Positions 40,568 to 53,438 of a stretch of 64,000 bases of DNA are shown in pieces (position 1 is the stretch's first letter; each line of letters starts with the position of its first letter). The position numbers were made by a program, and so were the translations under genes. Source of the stretch: Azolla caroliniana (taxonomy: Eukaryota > Plantae > Polypodiophyta); the NCBI GenBank assembly GCA_043228905.1, contig JBHGNT010000005.1:6076001-6140000 (forward strand), read 5' to 3'. The notes beneath the pieces were generated by a model. The model had not been told where the DNA came from and did no database searches. It saw nothing but the letters and a program-made list of their open reading frames with translations.

Positions 40568-43500
40568 CTTCGGATTTCTTGCTGGATATTGTACAGACTT
40601 TCTGTACCCATGGCCAGACATTTCTTGAATTGTATATCCATTCCACCTCAACGTAAGATAAGCAGTTTCTGAAAGAAGTTTGGGAGGACATATGGCATGT
40701 ACTTATTCTCATCACCTTTGTGGGGAATCTAAGCTCGTGGTGCCAAACTGTTACCTGCAGATCTAGAGCTAGATTTAGAATGCTTCTCCATCAAATGCAT
40801 TGAGTTTTCTGTATTTGAAAGAGTGCAATCTTCTGAAGGTTTCTCTATGATCTTTTTCTTTGTCGATGGAACTTCCATGGGCATTGTTGCTTGACAACTC
40901 CTCTTCCGTAGGATCGACGGAGTACTAGGAAAGCTTTTTGCTGCAAAACGAAGCAATTCTTGTGGGCTCGCCTCGGAAAGTGAAAAAGCACAAGTATAAG
41001 GTGGTGGTGTGGAGAAACCAAATGTTGATGTGAAAATTTTTTGTGAGCTTGAAGGACTTGACATGATTTCTACTTCTCCGGGAGGAGACAAGTATGATTC
41101 TCTCACAAAACCCCTCGACTCTTCTTGATACATTTTTGCTGATGAAAGTGATCCAATGTGAATCAATGATTGAGCAGCAGTGTCAAAAACTGCTGTCTCA
41201 ATAGAAGGATGGAGAGATAAGTATGACAATCTCTTGGATTTTGGTGGTGTTGATATGCTATTACCTTGACTCATCATTTTTGGTGCTAAATGATTATTTG
41301 GAGCTCCTACCATAGTCTCACATAAGCTTCTAGTTGAACCTCCAAGGCGACATGAGGTTAATTCACCTTCTCCTCCAGGAAGAACCAAAGCTTTAACCAT
41401 TCTTGTCATGTGACTTGTGATGACAGTTTGCCCATTTCTCTCTCTTGAAAACTCAGGTGACTCTTTCTCTATGTCTAGAGCTCCGTTCTTTTCCGCCATC
41501 TGGTGTGAGCTTGCAGTTGTAAATGATAAGATAGCTCTATTCTCGTGTGATAATTCCATGGCAATCAACTGATCATTGGATGATGAAATTCCCTTTGATT
41601 GATTTTCAGGAGAAATTACTGGCTCCAGCTTCTTTTTCAAAGAGCTATTCCAATGGTTCTTGATAGCATTGTCTGTCCTGAAAAACAAAAACAAAAATCT
41701 TGCATGATAAAATCAACGTAAGCTAAAATACTATGCAACTGTTACTTTCAAACTTTTATATGGTATACCTTCCAGGCAGACATTTTGCAATCTCTGCCCA
41801 TTTATTCCCATGGATATGGTGAGCCTTAATAAGACCTATCTCCTCCTCAGGAGTCCAAGCATCCTTTTTTATATTTGGATCCAAGTGGTTATGCCATCTG
41901 GAGATACAATCACATGAAATGGTTTGGTTTGGTGAGATGCTGAATAAAATTATCTTTCTTGCTCATCAGATTTTCAAACATATCTTGCTAATTCAGTATA
42001 CATCAGCTACATATGATGTAAATGTTGATAAAGATCAGATATATCTTGCTAATACCTTTCACGACATTGTTTCCCGATTCGCCCAGGTAAAGATCGTGCA
42101 ATAACAGACCATTTCTTGGCTCCATGTTTGCTAACAAGTTCCATTATCTTTTCATCCTCCTTAATTCATTAAGTAAAACCAAAGTGAGACATAAATATTT
42201 ATATAGAATTGCAGTTGAATGGGATAACAATGAGATACGAACATCCTTGGTCCATGGTCCTTTAACAAGATTTGGATTGAGGACCTTCTGCCATCGATGC
42301 AAACATTGAACATCAGATCGATCTTTCAGCAACTCAGCTTTAAAACAAGGAAGTCAAGTTAGTAAATTTACCTCTCTATGCATCAACAAAAGTTTTGATT
42401 GAGTGAGTAACCAAGCAATGTTCATGTGCTTACCTATCCTTTTCCAATTTTTACCTTTGAAATATTGAACTGCTCTTCTAAGTATGTCATCCTATAAAGC
42501 AATTGAGTTCATTAGAAAATAACAAAGGTTTTAATAAATCCAAGCACAACCTACAGTCACAAATGTAAAATGAGATTCACTTTCACATAAAAAAGATTTT
42601 AGTCTTAAATTCAAGCACAACTCCCAATCCCAGATTTATAATGAGAACTATTATCATGTAAGATTCCAACGCAACCCAAGATTGCAAATGTAAGATGAGA
42701 TTCATTCTCACCTCTTCCGGCGTCCATCCACCCTTGGAAGATCTCCTAGTGGGACCACCAGAGCGCCTATAATAAAATGAGCAATTAGAAATCATCTCCA
42801 ACAAGGTTGAGCATGTGGTGGTCAGATAATGTCAGATTATTTGATCATACAATTTCAAACCTCGATATTTAGAATATATTAACATTTCATATTATAAGTA
42901 ATTGTATAGTACATGGTACATGGTAAAAGATATAATTAACACACATTTTAATAAATAATAATCAAAACATAAGATTTATAATAATAATAATTAAAAGACT
43001 TTATATAATTTACAACTGTAACTTTTGCATTCAATCAAAATATTAGAAATTTTCAACAATCAATGTTTTAGAAAAAATCTTGAGAGACTATTAAATTTTC
43101 TAGAATGTTTGAAAAATATTACAGCCTTCCATCCGTGTAGCATAGTTAAGGTTGCTCTAAGTCTAAATGCCTCATGATGCGAGTAGAGTAAAAGCTTGCC
43201 TCACAAGTTCTGAGAACCACCCAATTAAAGAATGGCTTGAGGCATGGAATCTCTTAAACATATCCAATTTAAAGACTAATCCAATCAGCTGATTAGAGTT
43301 TTCGCCGTGTAATTTTTAGGTACAACCATAGAGTAAATTTGCCTAAATGGAAGGAGATATATATCTAATTGAAGGACAAAAGTATCACGCTTGAAAAGCA
43401 TTTCGATACAGAATTTGCCTCATATGTGAGAAGAAATACATCCAATTAAAATATAAGCTTAAAAATGAAGTTAACCAAGGAAATGGGGTTGTATGTAAAG

Positions 43501-44059
43501 ATTAATCATTCCAATATGTAAATGCCTACTCCATCCTGCTGTAATGAAATTAAAAGGAGAAATATATTTGAAATAAAATTATAGCCGATTGTGTTCGAAA
43601 TAAATTTACGAAAGGAATCATGCCTCCTACTTAAAAATAACATCTTCAATTTGAAAGACTATTAACGATTTCAACTCGTATATAAGGATAAACCTACCCA
43701 ATGTTATGGTATTAGACTAATTACAACAAAAAGAGTAATGACACGTAGCATTAAAAATGTATATCCATTTACATGCATAAGCAATCTATCAAGATTAATG
43801 AAAAACGGACTAATATATCATGGAATATATTCTTCGTATTCATGGACAAATGAACTAATCTATCAGTTAATGATAAAAAAAACTAGTGTAATGGTAAACA
43901 CTGAACCATGTATATGTCATACATATCCATTGATAAATACAATATCAAATTAAAGGGAAAAACACAAGACTACGTTAAAAAAATTGCTTTTTGGCAGATA
44001 TACACATACCCATGAGGAGAAGAAAGAGAAAGCTCCGTGCTATCTCCACATTCAGACAT
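40568..44059 (-). CDS. MYB3R: Three-repeat (R1R2R3) MYB transcription factor, probably repressor-type; 3' end uncertain
   Basis: Exons 44059-44010, 42766-42712 (GPTRRSSKGGWTPEE), 42491-42434 (KGKNWKRI), 42337-42243 (RSDVQCLHRWQKVLNPNLVKGPWT), 42159-42056 (WSVIARSLPGRIGKQCRER), 41897-41769 (WHNHLDP..GNKWAEIAKCLPGR). Then a large exon from 41677 (TDNAIKNHWNSSLKKK..SPQELLRFAAKSFPSTPSILRKR) that ends either at the stop 40729-40731 or at a donor before 40755, spliced to an in-frame exon 40668-40568. Confidence 0.9.
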
Positions 44060-44667
44060 CTACTATCAGATGATGATGGTGGAAGAACCGCCTGCCTTTC
44101 TCCAGCTTTTGCCTCCTTGCGATTGATAGCCTAATTTCCTCTCCCGATCAGATTGGGAAACCCTAATATTGATCAGATGGAGAGAGAGAGAGAAAGGAAC
44201 ACTAATTTCTTTCCTTCCTTTTGAATGCCTCTTATATTCCGAAGAAGAAGAGGACGGAATCTGAGAAGAGATAAGAGGTTTCAAAAGTCAGAAACGTTGA
44301 CTTGATTAGGAGTGGACGAGGGCGAGGGCGATCATACATGTGATAAAGAAACAGGAAAGATGAACGAATCGAGGATATAAGCACGTAGAAACGGACAGAG
44401 ACAGTGAGGAACCAAATTTTAGGGTTTGATCGAAGAAGCAGAAGCAAAAGAAGAAGAAGAAGAAGATTGAAAAGGAAAATAGATAAATAAAATGAACATA
44501 CAAAAGAATAGATAAATAAATAAATAGTTAGAAGACAGAGAAAATAAATAATGAGTTGTCTTTAAAACATAAAGTAAAAAAATAAAAATAGAGACGTTTA
44601 CAATTTAAAAGTCTGGCTCGCCGTTTTGTTTTTTTTTTCCTCTTCGTTTTTTTTGGGGTAAATTTCT

Positions 44668-44670
<3 letters not shown>

Positions 44671-44704
<34 letters not shown>
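44671..44704. repeat. (CT)n microsatellite upstream of MYB3R
   Basis: Dinucleotide run. Confidence 0.9.
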
Positions 44705-44708
<4 letters not shown>

Positions 44709-45988
44709 TAAGGTTAAAAAAAAGCACACAAACTCATGCATGCTCTTTTTATTTTGCCTTTCCCTTCATTTTGTTCTTATCAATTTTTTATCGCTTTGCT
44801 CTCAGCAACCCATCCATATTATATGTATGTAGATACTAGATAGATCATACATCATATAGCATTAAGAGCTTTGCGACCTTCCTGGGTCGTCCGTCCGAAA
44901 CTCGCAACACACAAAGAACTCGTGGAGTATGTATGTATGTATGATGAGCCCTCTCGCAAACCACATTCGAAATAATGTCGTGTCGAAGGATCTGCGCATG
45001 CCATAGATCTTCTCGAAGAGAGATTAACCAGCCAGTCCTACTCAGAAAAGATCGTCTCGTAGATTCGATTAATCGTGAAAGTCGATCTTTATGCTTGCCG
45101 ATTGACCAAACACCTCTTGATTTCGGCTCGTTCAATTTGTCTCCAGACTCCTCCTAGAGTGCCTAAAGAATATGTCATTAGCCTTTCCCATCGAAGACGT
45201 TATTTGATAGGAAAGGAAAATGTTTAAAAAATGACTTTTCCCTTTGTAAATTTGATGGGGGAAAAAGATGGGAGCAACCAATATGAGTTCTAGAACTACA
45301 TGCTTGGGAACTTGTGTCAGATATTGCCCCTTCAGTAGATAGTTTAAAGTTCTTCTTGATGGACGAAATCCAAGAGAACTAAATCATTGTTTCTTATGCT
45401 TTTGCGACACTTCACACGAAGAGAATGAATTATGTATTCTACTTTATTAATGTAGGGTAAGATCCCATGAGAACACTTTTTTGTTTATGTTGTAAACATG
45501 GATTCCAATTTTTAACACCATGCCTTGAATCTTATGATTTACCATAAAGCGTTTCCAAACAAATTCCCATGGATGAGGAAGGCACAAATTGTAAATGTTA
45601 TGAGACAATATTGTTCTCAATGCTCATCTATATACATAAGTTACATGGCTTCAGTTGTCGATTCAAAAACATATTTAGTATCATATTGTGCATTGTTGCT
45701 TTCATATAACTTTTGAATTGTACTAAATGCTTTCTCGTTACCTCCTTGCATGAGTGTGATGTCTTGATTTTTGCAATTTGTATATTCCACACTAATATAA
45801 ACATTAACAATATGTCTATTCTTGTGGTATAAATCCATATTGTAGTTACTTGGTGGATATCTTTACATGAGCATTCTTAATCCTATTCACTAATACTTTG
45901 GCAATATAGTATAAATCAATAGGAATAGGGTACATATTTGTTTCATTTATTAAAGAGCTTTCTTATTCATATAAATCCTTAATCAAAT

Positions 45989-46385
45989 TAGGCGCGCGTG
46001 AAGAAGCTAGAGGTCGTTTCCTTCTGAAATGGAGAGGTTCTCCGATGGTGGAGATGGTGGATGCCAATGCAAAGTGGATTTATCAACCACCACATTGGTT
46101 GTTCCCTTTGAGGGTACCAAACGTATAGGTGGGTGGTGCCACGTGACGAGATTGGAGGATGTTTATGTTGAATTAGGGTTGTATGAGGCTCACGTTGAGG
46201 GTTATGCGGTCAAATAATTTTGTGCTTATCGGATGATGCAGTGATTATGAGTTTTTTTGTTGATTCCTTTATACATGTTGGTTTCTTTGTAGCCATGCAA
46301 GTTAGCTTGTAAGATATGAGTTGTATACTATCCTATGTACATTGACTTAACTAATGGAAGTAATAATTTTTTTGGAAAAAAAAAA
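45989..46385 (+). mobile_element. 5'-truncated non-LTR retro-insertion (LINE 3' end or retrocopy) with poly(A) and TSD
   Basis: 12-bp direct repeat CCTTAATCAAAT at 45977-45988 and 46386-46397; A-run 46376-46385 directly before the right copy. Confidence 0.8.
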
Positions 46386-47177
46386 CCTTAATCAAATCAT
46401 ATTTCCAAGAACTAGATCATTTTCCAGTCTTCTCGTCCTTTATTTGCCATATATAATGATACCTCCTCTAAGTGGTCCCAAAACTTGAGAAGAAATTCAA
46501 CTTTAATGTTATCCCATAAAGTTGTTTTCCACAATGACAAACTAGTTCTTGCCTCCTATAATATGTCCTCTTTAATATGTGTCTCTATGCCTTAAGGCTT
46601 CTCAGTGTGTAAAAATGGGTTGGACACGAGATAATTGTGTGAATATTCAAGTACAATTGTATCCTTTGGGGTATATGAAATATGTGAGAAGAAAAGATAT
46701 CGACACATTCCCATGTTATAACTTCAACTACTTTTGCGACCAATTGTCATTCCTTGACTTTGATAGATTTAATTGTTTCTTTTGGATGAATCGAGGGCAA
46801 TCTTCTAAAAACACATGCAAGTTAGACCCCATGTTTTGTAATTTGCTCATCTATCTTGCCCTTTTACATTGCAAAATTTCTAATCATTCCTTCATCCCTT
46901 AAACACACACACATGTCTAAAATGTTTCCTATTGATTAGGGGTTTTTTCTCACTTATTCTATTATTATTTTTAGTTTTTCTCTTTCTTATTTGTTTTGTT
47001 TAAATTGTTATTTTTTTTAACTCATTTATTTTGTCGTGTCTATTTTATTTCTTTGTCCACTTGGTATTCTCAATAACCATATTTATTCATGTCCTTTTCT
47101 TATTTCTTTCTCTAATTGTTTATTTCATATTCTTAATTTTGGGAAATTTGCAAACCTACCCTCACTCATCTTCACGA

Positions 47178-47390
47178 AATTGTCTCTCTCCCTCCAAAGA
47201 AACACACAATTATACCCTTAGTGGTAAGTTGTTAGGCCAATAATCATATGTCTTGGGTTCGAGAACTAACTTTCTCACCTATGTAGTACTCTCTTATTTA
47301 CTAGATGCCACTGTAGAATGTAAGGGTCAAACACATAACCTTTTGGTCTCCATCGGGCAACTTTACCAACTGAGTTGCATCCAGTCAGAC
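47178..47390 (-). mobile_element. tRNA-derived SINE-like element with two convergent tRNA-like units, copy 1
   Basis: Homologous to 62850-63042 (shared AGTGGTAAGTTGTTAG, GGGTTCGA, CTAGATGCCACTGT, TGGTCTCCAT.GGGCAAC.TTACCAACTGAG). The minus-strand tail TATAATTGTGTGTTT matches the local L1 3' end. Confidence 0.7.
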
Positions 47391-48035
47391 ATTGCCTTGT
47401 CTCTCCCTCCCCACTTAAAAATCCCATAATTATATCAATTGTGTGACAAAACAGTGCAATGCTTTACATACCATTTGAGTTCACAATTACATGGCCACTG
47501 TAACATGAGCAAGGTAAAAGAGTTGGCAAATGTTGGCATACTCTTCAGTTTTGGTTTTAGTATCATGTATATACAATCTATGTTATAAAAGGTAAAATAC
47601 GACCAATGCAAACCATTTTTAAATAAGTTGCATGGAATCTAGCAATGGCCTTGATTTTCTAGCATTTTATGAATGCACAATACGCTCGAGAGAGACGTGT
47701 GCAAGGATGGGCGAGGGTTGAACATGTTGGGAAACTAAGCTCGCATGTAGTCCAACATGGAGCATTGTCAAAAGACCACGACACAAAGCGTCTAAGAACT
47801 CGCTTGTTCTCGTATCCAATCGAAGAGAATGAGAGGCAAAGCTATATGAAAAAATCATCATAGACTGTGATCCCAAGCCGTGAAAGGACTTGTTCTTGGG
47901 CAACATATGTATGCATAGTTGACGAAGTCTGGTCAATGGAAACCCGATGGGCACATTTCTTCGATCAGGGCGAATGTGAGGGTAAATTGTATTGAAGCAA
48001 AGGTGTGAAGTGATGGGCGTGGTGGATGGATGGGG

Positions 48036-48037
<2 letters not shown>

Positions 48038-48120
<83 letters not shown>
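48038..48120. repeat. Compound (CT)n(AT)n microsatellite
   Basis: Direct reading. Confidence 0.95.
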
Positions 48121-50802
48121 GGTTCATGTTGTGGTAGAAGGGAGAAAGAATGGGAGTTACATGGATTTCATGGGACCATTTGACTACTCCCAAAAGGTTA
48201 GGTTGTGCAACAATATTGGATATATGTCAACGTGATCAACCATGGATATATATGATGCAATAATTTATTCAGCATGAAGGATTGGTACATGGGAAAACAA
48301 AGATTCAAGCATCTTGGTGGTCATTACTCAATGGAAGTATTCCTCTAAAGATTCGACATTCTGTACGTGGACAACATTTAGTAAGATCATGGCAAGATGC
48401 ATTATCTCTTTTTGAGTGTGAACCATCAAGTGATCGAGAATCTTGTAATTCCTTACAAAATGAATTGCTTGTTTCTTCTCGAGTGTTGTTTTGGCATGGG
48501 AAAGAGAAGTTGAGATATCAATTCAATCGTTTATTTTGATTAGGGATTGTACACACTGGAAGATGTGGTTGATAATGAATCTCAAAGGTTGTCGGAATTT
48601 GAAGATGCCAAGTGATGGTTATGTGGTACACGCTCAATACAAGTCACTACAAATATATTGTATCATCATGCAATGACATCATTGTCTTGACTATCTCCTA
48701 AAGCAAATAAGTTGTGGAATGTATGTATGTTGAATGCAAGGTGGTGGAAAATATTACAACATGGTTGGCATTCCCATCTACCATTTCGTGCAAAGGTATT
48801 CATATGGAATGTCATGATTGGCTGGCTCTCATTAGGTTCGGCCTTAAATAGATGAGGACTAGGGTTTGACACTTGTTTCTTTTGCACCGTTGTTGCGGAA
48901 ATCCGCAGGTACGTGTCGGATCAGGCGGGACCACCAGGGTCACGGACCACAGAGAGATGGATATCAAATGGTCGTTTTCTTCGGGGCCGGTTACACCCGT
49001 TGTGGCACCCACTAGACGATCTCGAATGCAACCGAACCAGACAGATCTGGATATGGCTGGATGGGTCCGGAAGCAACTGGATTGAAGATAGGGAGAGCAC
49101 ACGCAGCACACCGGCTCTCGCACCCTCTCATGTACAGAAAAGGGAACAACATAAATCACGCGGCCTGACCGTGACACGATATATACAAGACGAAGAGTAT
49201 CCGGACCGAAAGGGGAGACATGCCGCGACTCAAAACGACTCAACACACACACACATCACAAGCGCATCCAGACAGAGCGAAAACCCAAAGACACCGACAC
49301 AAACATATGCACACCAAAGTTTTCGCATATGTATTTACAAGGGACACAAGTTATAACGCCAGTTTCGAGTCGGTTCAATACTGAACAGATACAACAACCG
49401 TCTACAGGCAAGCTCCAGTCGGGGAGCACTATGGCTCGCCTACGCAAGTGGGGTCTTGCACAAGAGACAAAGCCACTAACGGAAACCCTCAAAGTGTAAC
49501 AACACAGTGACATCAAACACGTAGTTAGTGAGGATTGAACATGCAACCTCACATCTACAAGAGAACATGCTCAACCATTTTGATATGAGCATGTATTTAT
49601 ACTTAATAGTTTAGTATTGCTATTCTAGCATATACTACATTCCAGAATATTCTAGTCTTTAGTTTATTCTAGAAATATTCTATGGTGTATTCTAGACGGG
49701 TATATTCTAGAGATATTCAATTATCTCAAAACTTGTATAAATACTTATAACCTCCTTGGTCCCTTTCAAGGGATTCAACACCAGTCATTGACACATCAAT
49801 CTAGTATTCTTGTTTAGCCCCCCCCCCCCCCCCCCATATTCTCTCCTTGATTTACATCTCTGTCTTTATGCCCTTGTATTGTTCCTAACATCTTAAGTTC
49901 CTCGTCTCGTTGCTCCCAACTTCCCAAGTTTCTATCCTCATCACGTTGAATTCCACGTTTGTAACCTTATCGATCGTAGCCTCGTCATTTGTGTTATGTC
50001 GTAGTCTAGGGTTGGTGTGTCCATGACACAGAGCACGGGAACTTAGAACCACGCAACCCTAACAAAAAGGAAGAAGAAGAGAAAGACCACCATACTTTAG
50101 ATCTAGCGGTATACCCTCTTAACTCAAAATGGGCAACCCCTTCACAAGAGACCCCTCCCTCATTTTATAGTCAAAGGAGGGAAGGACATTACAATGTGGG
50201 ATAAATATCCCCTATTATTTTATATACATTTCCTAATGTACATGTGCACATGTTGCACATCGACAACTTTGCCCATTCCATTCGGTTTTCTCACTGTAGC
50301 CGGAAATCTTCACGACATCGTTCCATTGGAGGATAGTACACATAGGTTCATTAAATGTCCTATAGCGTGTACCATTTGGAAGTACTTATCGGACATTTGG
50401 CAAGTTTTAACCCATTGTTGTTTGAGACCTCAACAATGGGTTTTTTCTCATTATGTTCCAAATGGTTCAAATGATGAGATGGAGATATTGTTCCAATTTT
50501 TACGTTATTGGGGACTACAACATAATTGGAATATGCGTAATGCTTTCATGTTTGATAATAAACATGGGGTGAAAGCCTATATAAAGATGTTGAAAGGTAT
50601 TCTCATTTGGAATTTTTGGATGTTAGAGCATGTGGGGATCATTTCCTCAAATGAATATTCAGGTTTTATAATGGCCTTACAAGACATCCCTCTCCCTACA
50701 TAAGTATATGATAGGTAGAGGAGACTAAAAAGTGTTGTAACTAAGTGGATTTTACATACAATTAATATAATTGTGTGCTTTTACCCGAGAGAGGGAGAGA
50801 GA
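48121..50802 (+). mobile_element. L1-type LINE 3' fragment (copy A), decayed and split by an LTR-like insert
   Basis: 48121-48890 and 50322-50790 are collinear with the 3' part of copy B (ASWWSLLNG, HLVRSWQDAL, CNSLQNELLVSS, CFFC/EDSTHRFIKC zf-RVT). Ends TATAATTGTGTGCTTTTACCC followed by a GA tract. Confidence 0.85.
48891..50317 (-). mobile_element. Solo-LTR-like insertion (TG..CA) containing further LTR-like fragments
   Basis: Termini TGTTGCGGAA and TTCACGACA. Flanks CCGT/TCGT; removing the insert and one copy restores the L1 frame (FCTVPLEDSTH). CTATAAAA on the minus strand near 50163-50170. Internal 49330-50028 has extra LTR-like ends (..TTCAACA at 49780, ..CATGACA at 50028). No coding domains seen. 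Confidence 0.7.
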
Positions 50803-50989
50803 CTAATTACATGATTATAACTAGGACTAAAGGCTGTTTTTAAACTCGAATACAAAATTCTCAACATCCAATAGTACATATATAATAGTGTACACACACA
50901 CACACACACATATTCAATAGTGTATATTTCAGTGCTATATAAGACTCAAATATCATGGAATTATTCCATTAAAACCCCAGGATGGCCTC

Positions 50990-53138
50990 ATATGGAATTG
51001 ATTATGGTGCAATTAGATTTGGAGAAAGCTTATGATCATGTTAATTGGTCGTTTGTTTCCGGGTTAATGCATACAATGGGCTTTGGACCTCGTATGTTTC
51101 GCCTCATGTTTTTATTAGGATAAGATGTGGTGTCTTGAGTAATGCTTAATGGGGGAGTTACATTAGATATTGCCCTCACAATATCCGTTCGTCAAGGATG
51201 CCCTCTTAGCCCATTGTTGTTTGTTATTGTTACTCATCCCTTGTTAATGATGTTATCAAGGCTTGCAACAAATGGTGACATTGTGGGTTTACACCTTCTG
51301 TCTAAAGGGCAACTACTAGCACAATTCATGTTTCTTTCATGTTTCTACAAGCCTCACAAAAGAATCTTGAGAGGGGGGTGCTTGTATGGAACCAATTTGC
51401 ATTGGCGTCCGGATTACATATTAATTGGAGGAAGTCTACTCTCGTATCATGTACGAAAAGGGATTTGGAATGTTTAGGATGACAATGACATGTGGCAAGA
51501 AAGGCTCTAATTTTTGACACTTGGGCAATCCATTAGGAATGAATGTTACAAATGGTCAATTGATTGAATGGATGTCTAATAAGTTGAGGGATAAGGTCAT
51601 GTATTGGAAGTCACAACCTTGGTCATCATGTACGCTTGAAGGTTGTACAATGTATTATGGAACCTGTGATATTATATTACCTACCATTGTTGCCATGGAT
51701 AAAGAAGGGGTTGCATTCTATTTTGCAACCTCTTCGATATTTGTCGTGGAAGAAGAGCGATAAGATGGGAATCACTTGGGTTGCATGGAATCATCTAGCA
51801 ACCCCTGAGCGCTCGGGGGAAACTAAAATATTGAACTTATCTAAGCATATGATGGCTCATAGATTTTCATTATTCAAGACATGTGTTCAAACTCATAACC
51901 ATGGATATCTATTGTTCAATATTTCATTGAGAACAAGGGTTTAACACACGGGAGGACAACGATTAAGGCTTCGTGGTGTAAATTACTGAATGGATGTATT
52001 TCACTTAGGATTCCAGGCTCTACATGTGTTCAACACTTGGTTACCTCATGGCAAGAAGCACTCTTGTTATGTGTATGGAAACCATCATCTAGTAGAGAGC
52101 ATTGTAATTCTTTGCAAAAAGAGTTGTTAGTGTCTTCTCAGTTATTATGTTGGCTAGGAAAGGAGAGATTGTGCTCTCAATTTAATCGCTTGTTTCATTT
52201 GGGGGTCAAAGAGGTGGGAGATATAGTTGAGGCTTAATCTCAAATAATTTTGGAGTTTGTTGAAGCACGACAATTATTATGCATTCCGCCTAATTATGGG
52301 TTTATTTGGCAATAACTACAGAATATTTCCATTGATGCCAGGTCCCTTGCCTCTACAAACAGGAGAACAACCGTGGATTGATTGGTGTTTAAAGGGTCAA
52401 ACGTCGTTGTTACAAGTGAATACTAATCTTTTGTATCATTGCTCTGTCGAGTCTCTTGGATGGTTATCATCTAAGGCTGAAGAAGAATGGGGAATACACA
52501 AATCTGATCATGGGTGGTGGTAGATTTTACAACGTCGTTGGCATTCTAAATTGCCACTTGTAGCAAAGGTCTTCATTTGGAGAGTTTTGATTGGAGGATT
52601 GCCTTTGGGATTAGCTCTAAAGCGTCGTGGACTAACAACGGGTAATTGCTTCTTTTGCATTGTTCAAATGAAAGATAGTACTCATCGATTTATACAATGT
52701 CTGATTGCTTGCCAAATTTGGAATTACATTTCTCAAATTTGGCAAGTCTTATCACGATGTTATTTGGCACCTAGACAGTGGGTGTCTGCACAATTTGCAC
52801 AGGTTGACCCAAATCAGACATGGAGATTGTTTTTCTATTTCTAAGATATCGGGGATTACGTCATAATTGGAATATGCGCAACACTTTTGTATTTGATGGT
52901 AGACATGGGGTGAAAGCATATCTATGAAAATTGAAGGGAGTACTAATGTGACAATTTTCTTTATTGGAGCAAGTGGAAATTCTTTCCTCGGTGGAGTGTT
53001 CGTCTTGCCTATTGGCAATTCAACATGTTCCACTACCCATCCCATGTAGTGTAGTTAGTGGGTGACCATACTCCATTGTCATACCCATTGTAAGTAGTGT
53101 TTTTTACACACATTTATTAATATAATTGTGTGTTTTCA

Positions 53139-53140
<2 letters not shown>
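50990..53140 (+). mobile_element. L1-type LINE (copy B), 5'-truncated ORF2 RT plus zf-RVT, decayed
   Basis: LDLEKAYDHVNWSF, SVRQGCPLSPLLF, KVFIWRVLIGGLPL..CFFC..DSTHRFIQC; many stops. Ends TATAATTGTGTGTTTTCACCA followed by (GA)n. Confidence 0.9.

Positions 53141-53141
<1 letters not shown>

Positions 53142-53189
<48 letters not shown>
53142..53189. repeat. (AG)n microsatellite at the L1 3' end
   Basis: Direct reading. Confidence 0.95.
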
Positions 53190-53190
<1 letters not shown>

Positions 53191-53373
53191 ATGCATGTAC
53201 ATAGATGGATTATTCTTTGTGCATGAGATGGCCATCATGCATGGGTGAATTGCTTCATCTTAAAATGAAAAAGGAGAGGGGTATTTTGGGAATTATGTGA
53301 AATCAGAGGAGAAAAGGGGGGTATTGCTAGTAATTCTTTAGGTTTCGTTATAATCGTGTCTCAAATAAACCCT

Positions 53374-53376
<3 letters not shown>

Positions 53377-53413
<37 letters not shown>
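53377..53413. repeat. (CT)n in the RPF1 5' leader
   Basis: Run ends ~25 bp before the ATG. Confidence 0.9.
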
Positions 53414-53418
<5 letters not shown>

Positions 53419-53438
53419 CGCCCTTGTGCAGAGCTGCT

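Noticed and set aside
47660-48000. Possible minus-strand LINE RT fragment (FPLTRLRQ)
   Set aside because: Only a weak resemblance to the RQGCP region.
48812-49552. Overlapping 98-147-aa ORFs
   Set aside because: They lie in a GC-richer LTR-like insert and show no recognisable motifs.
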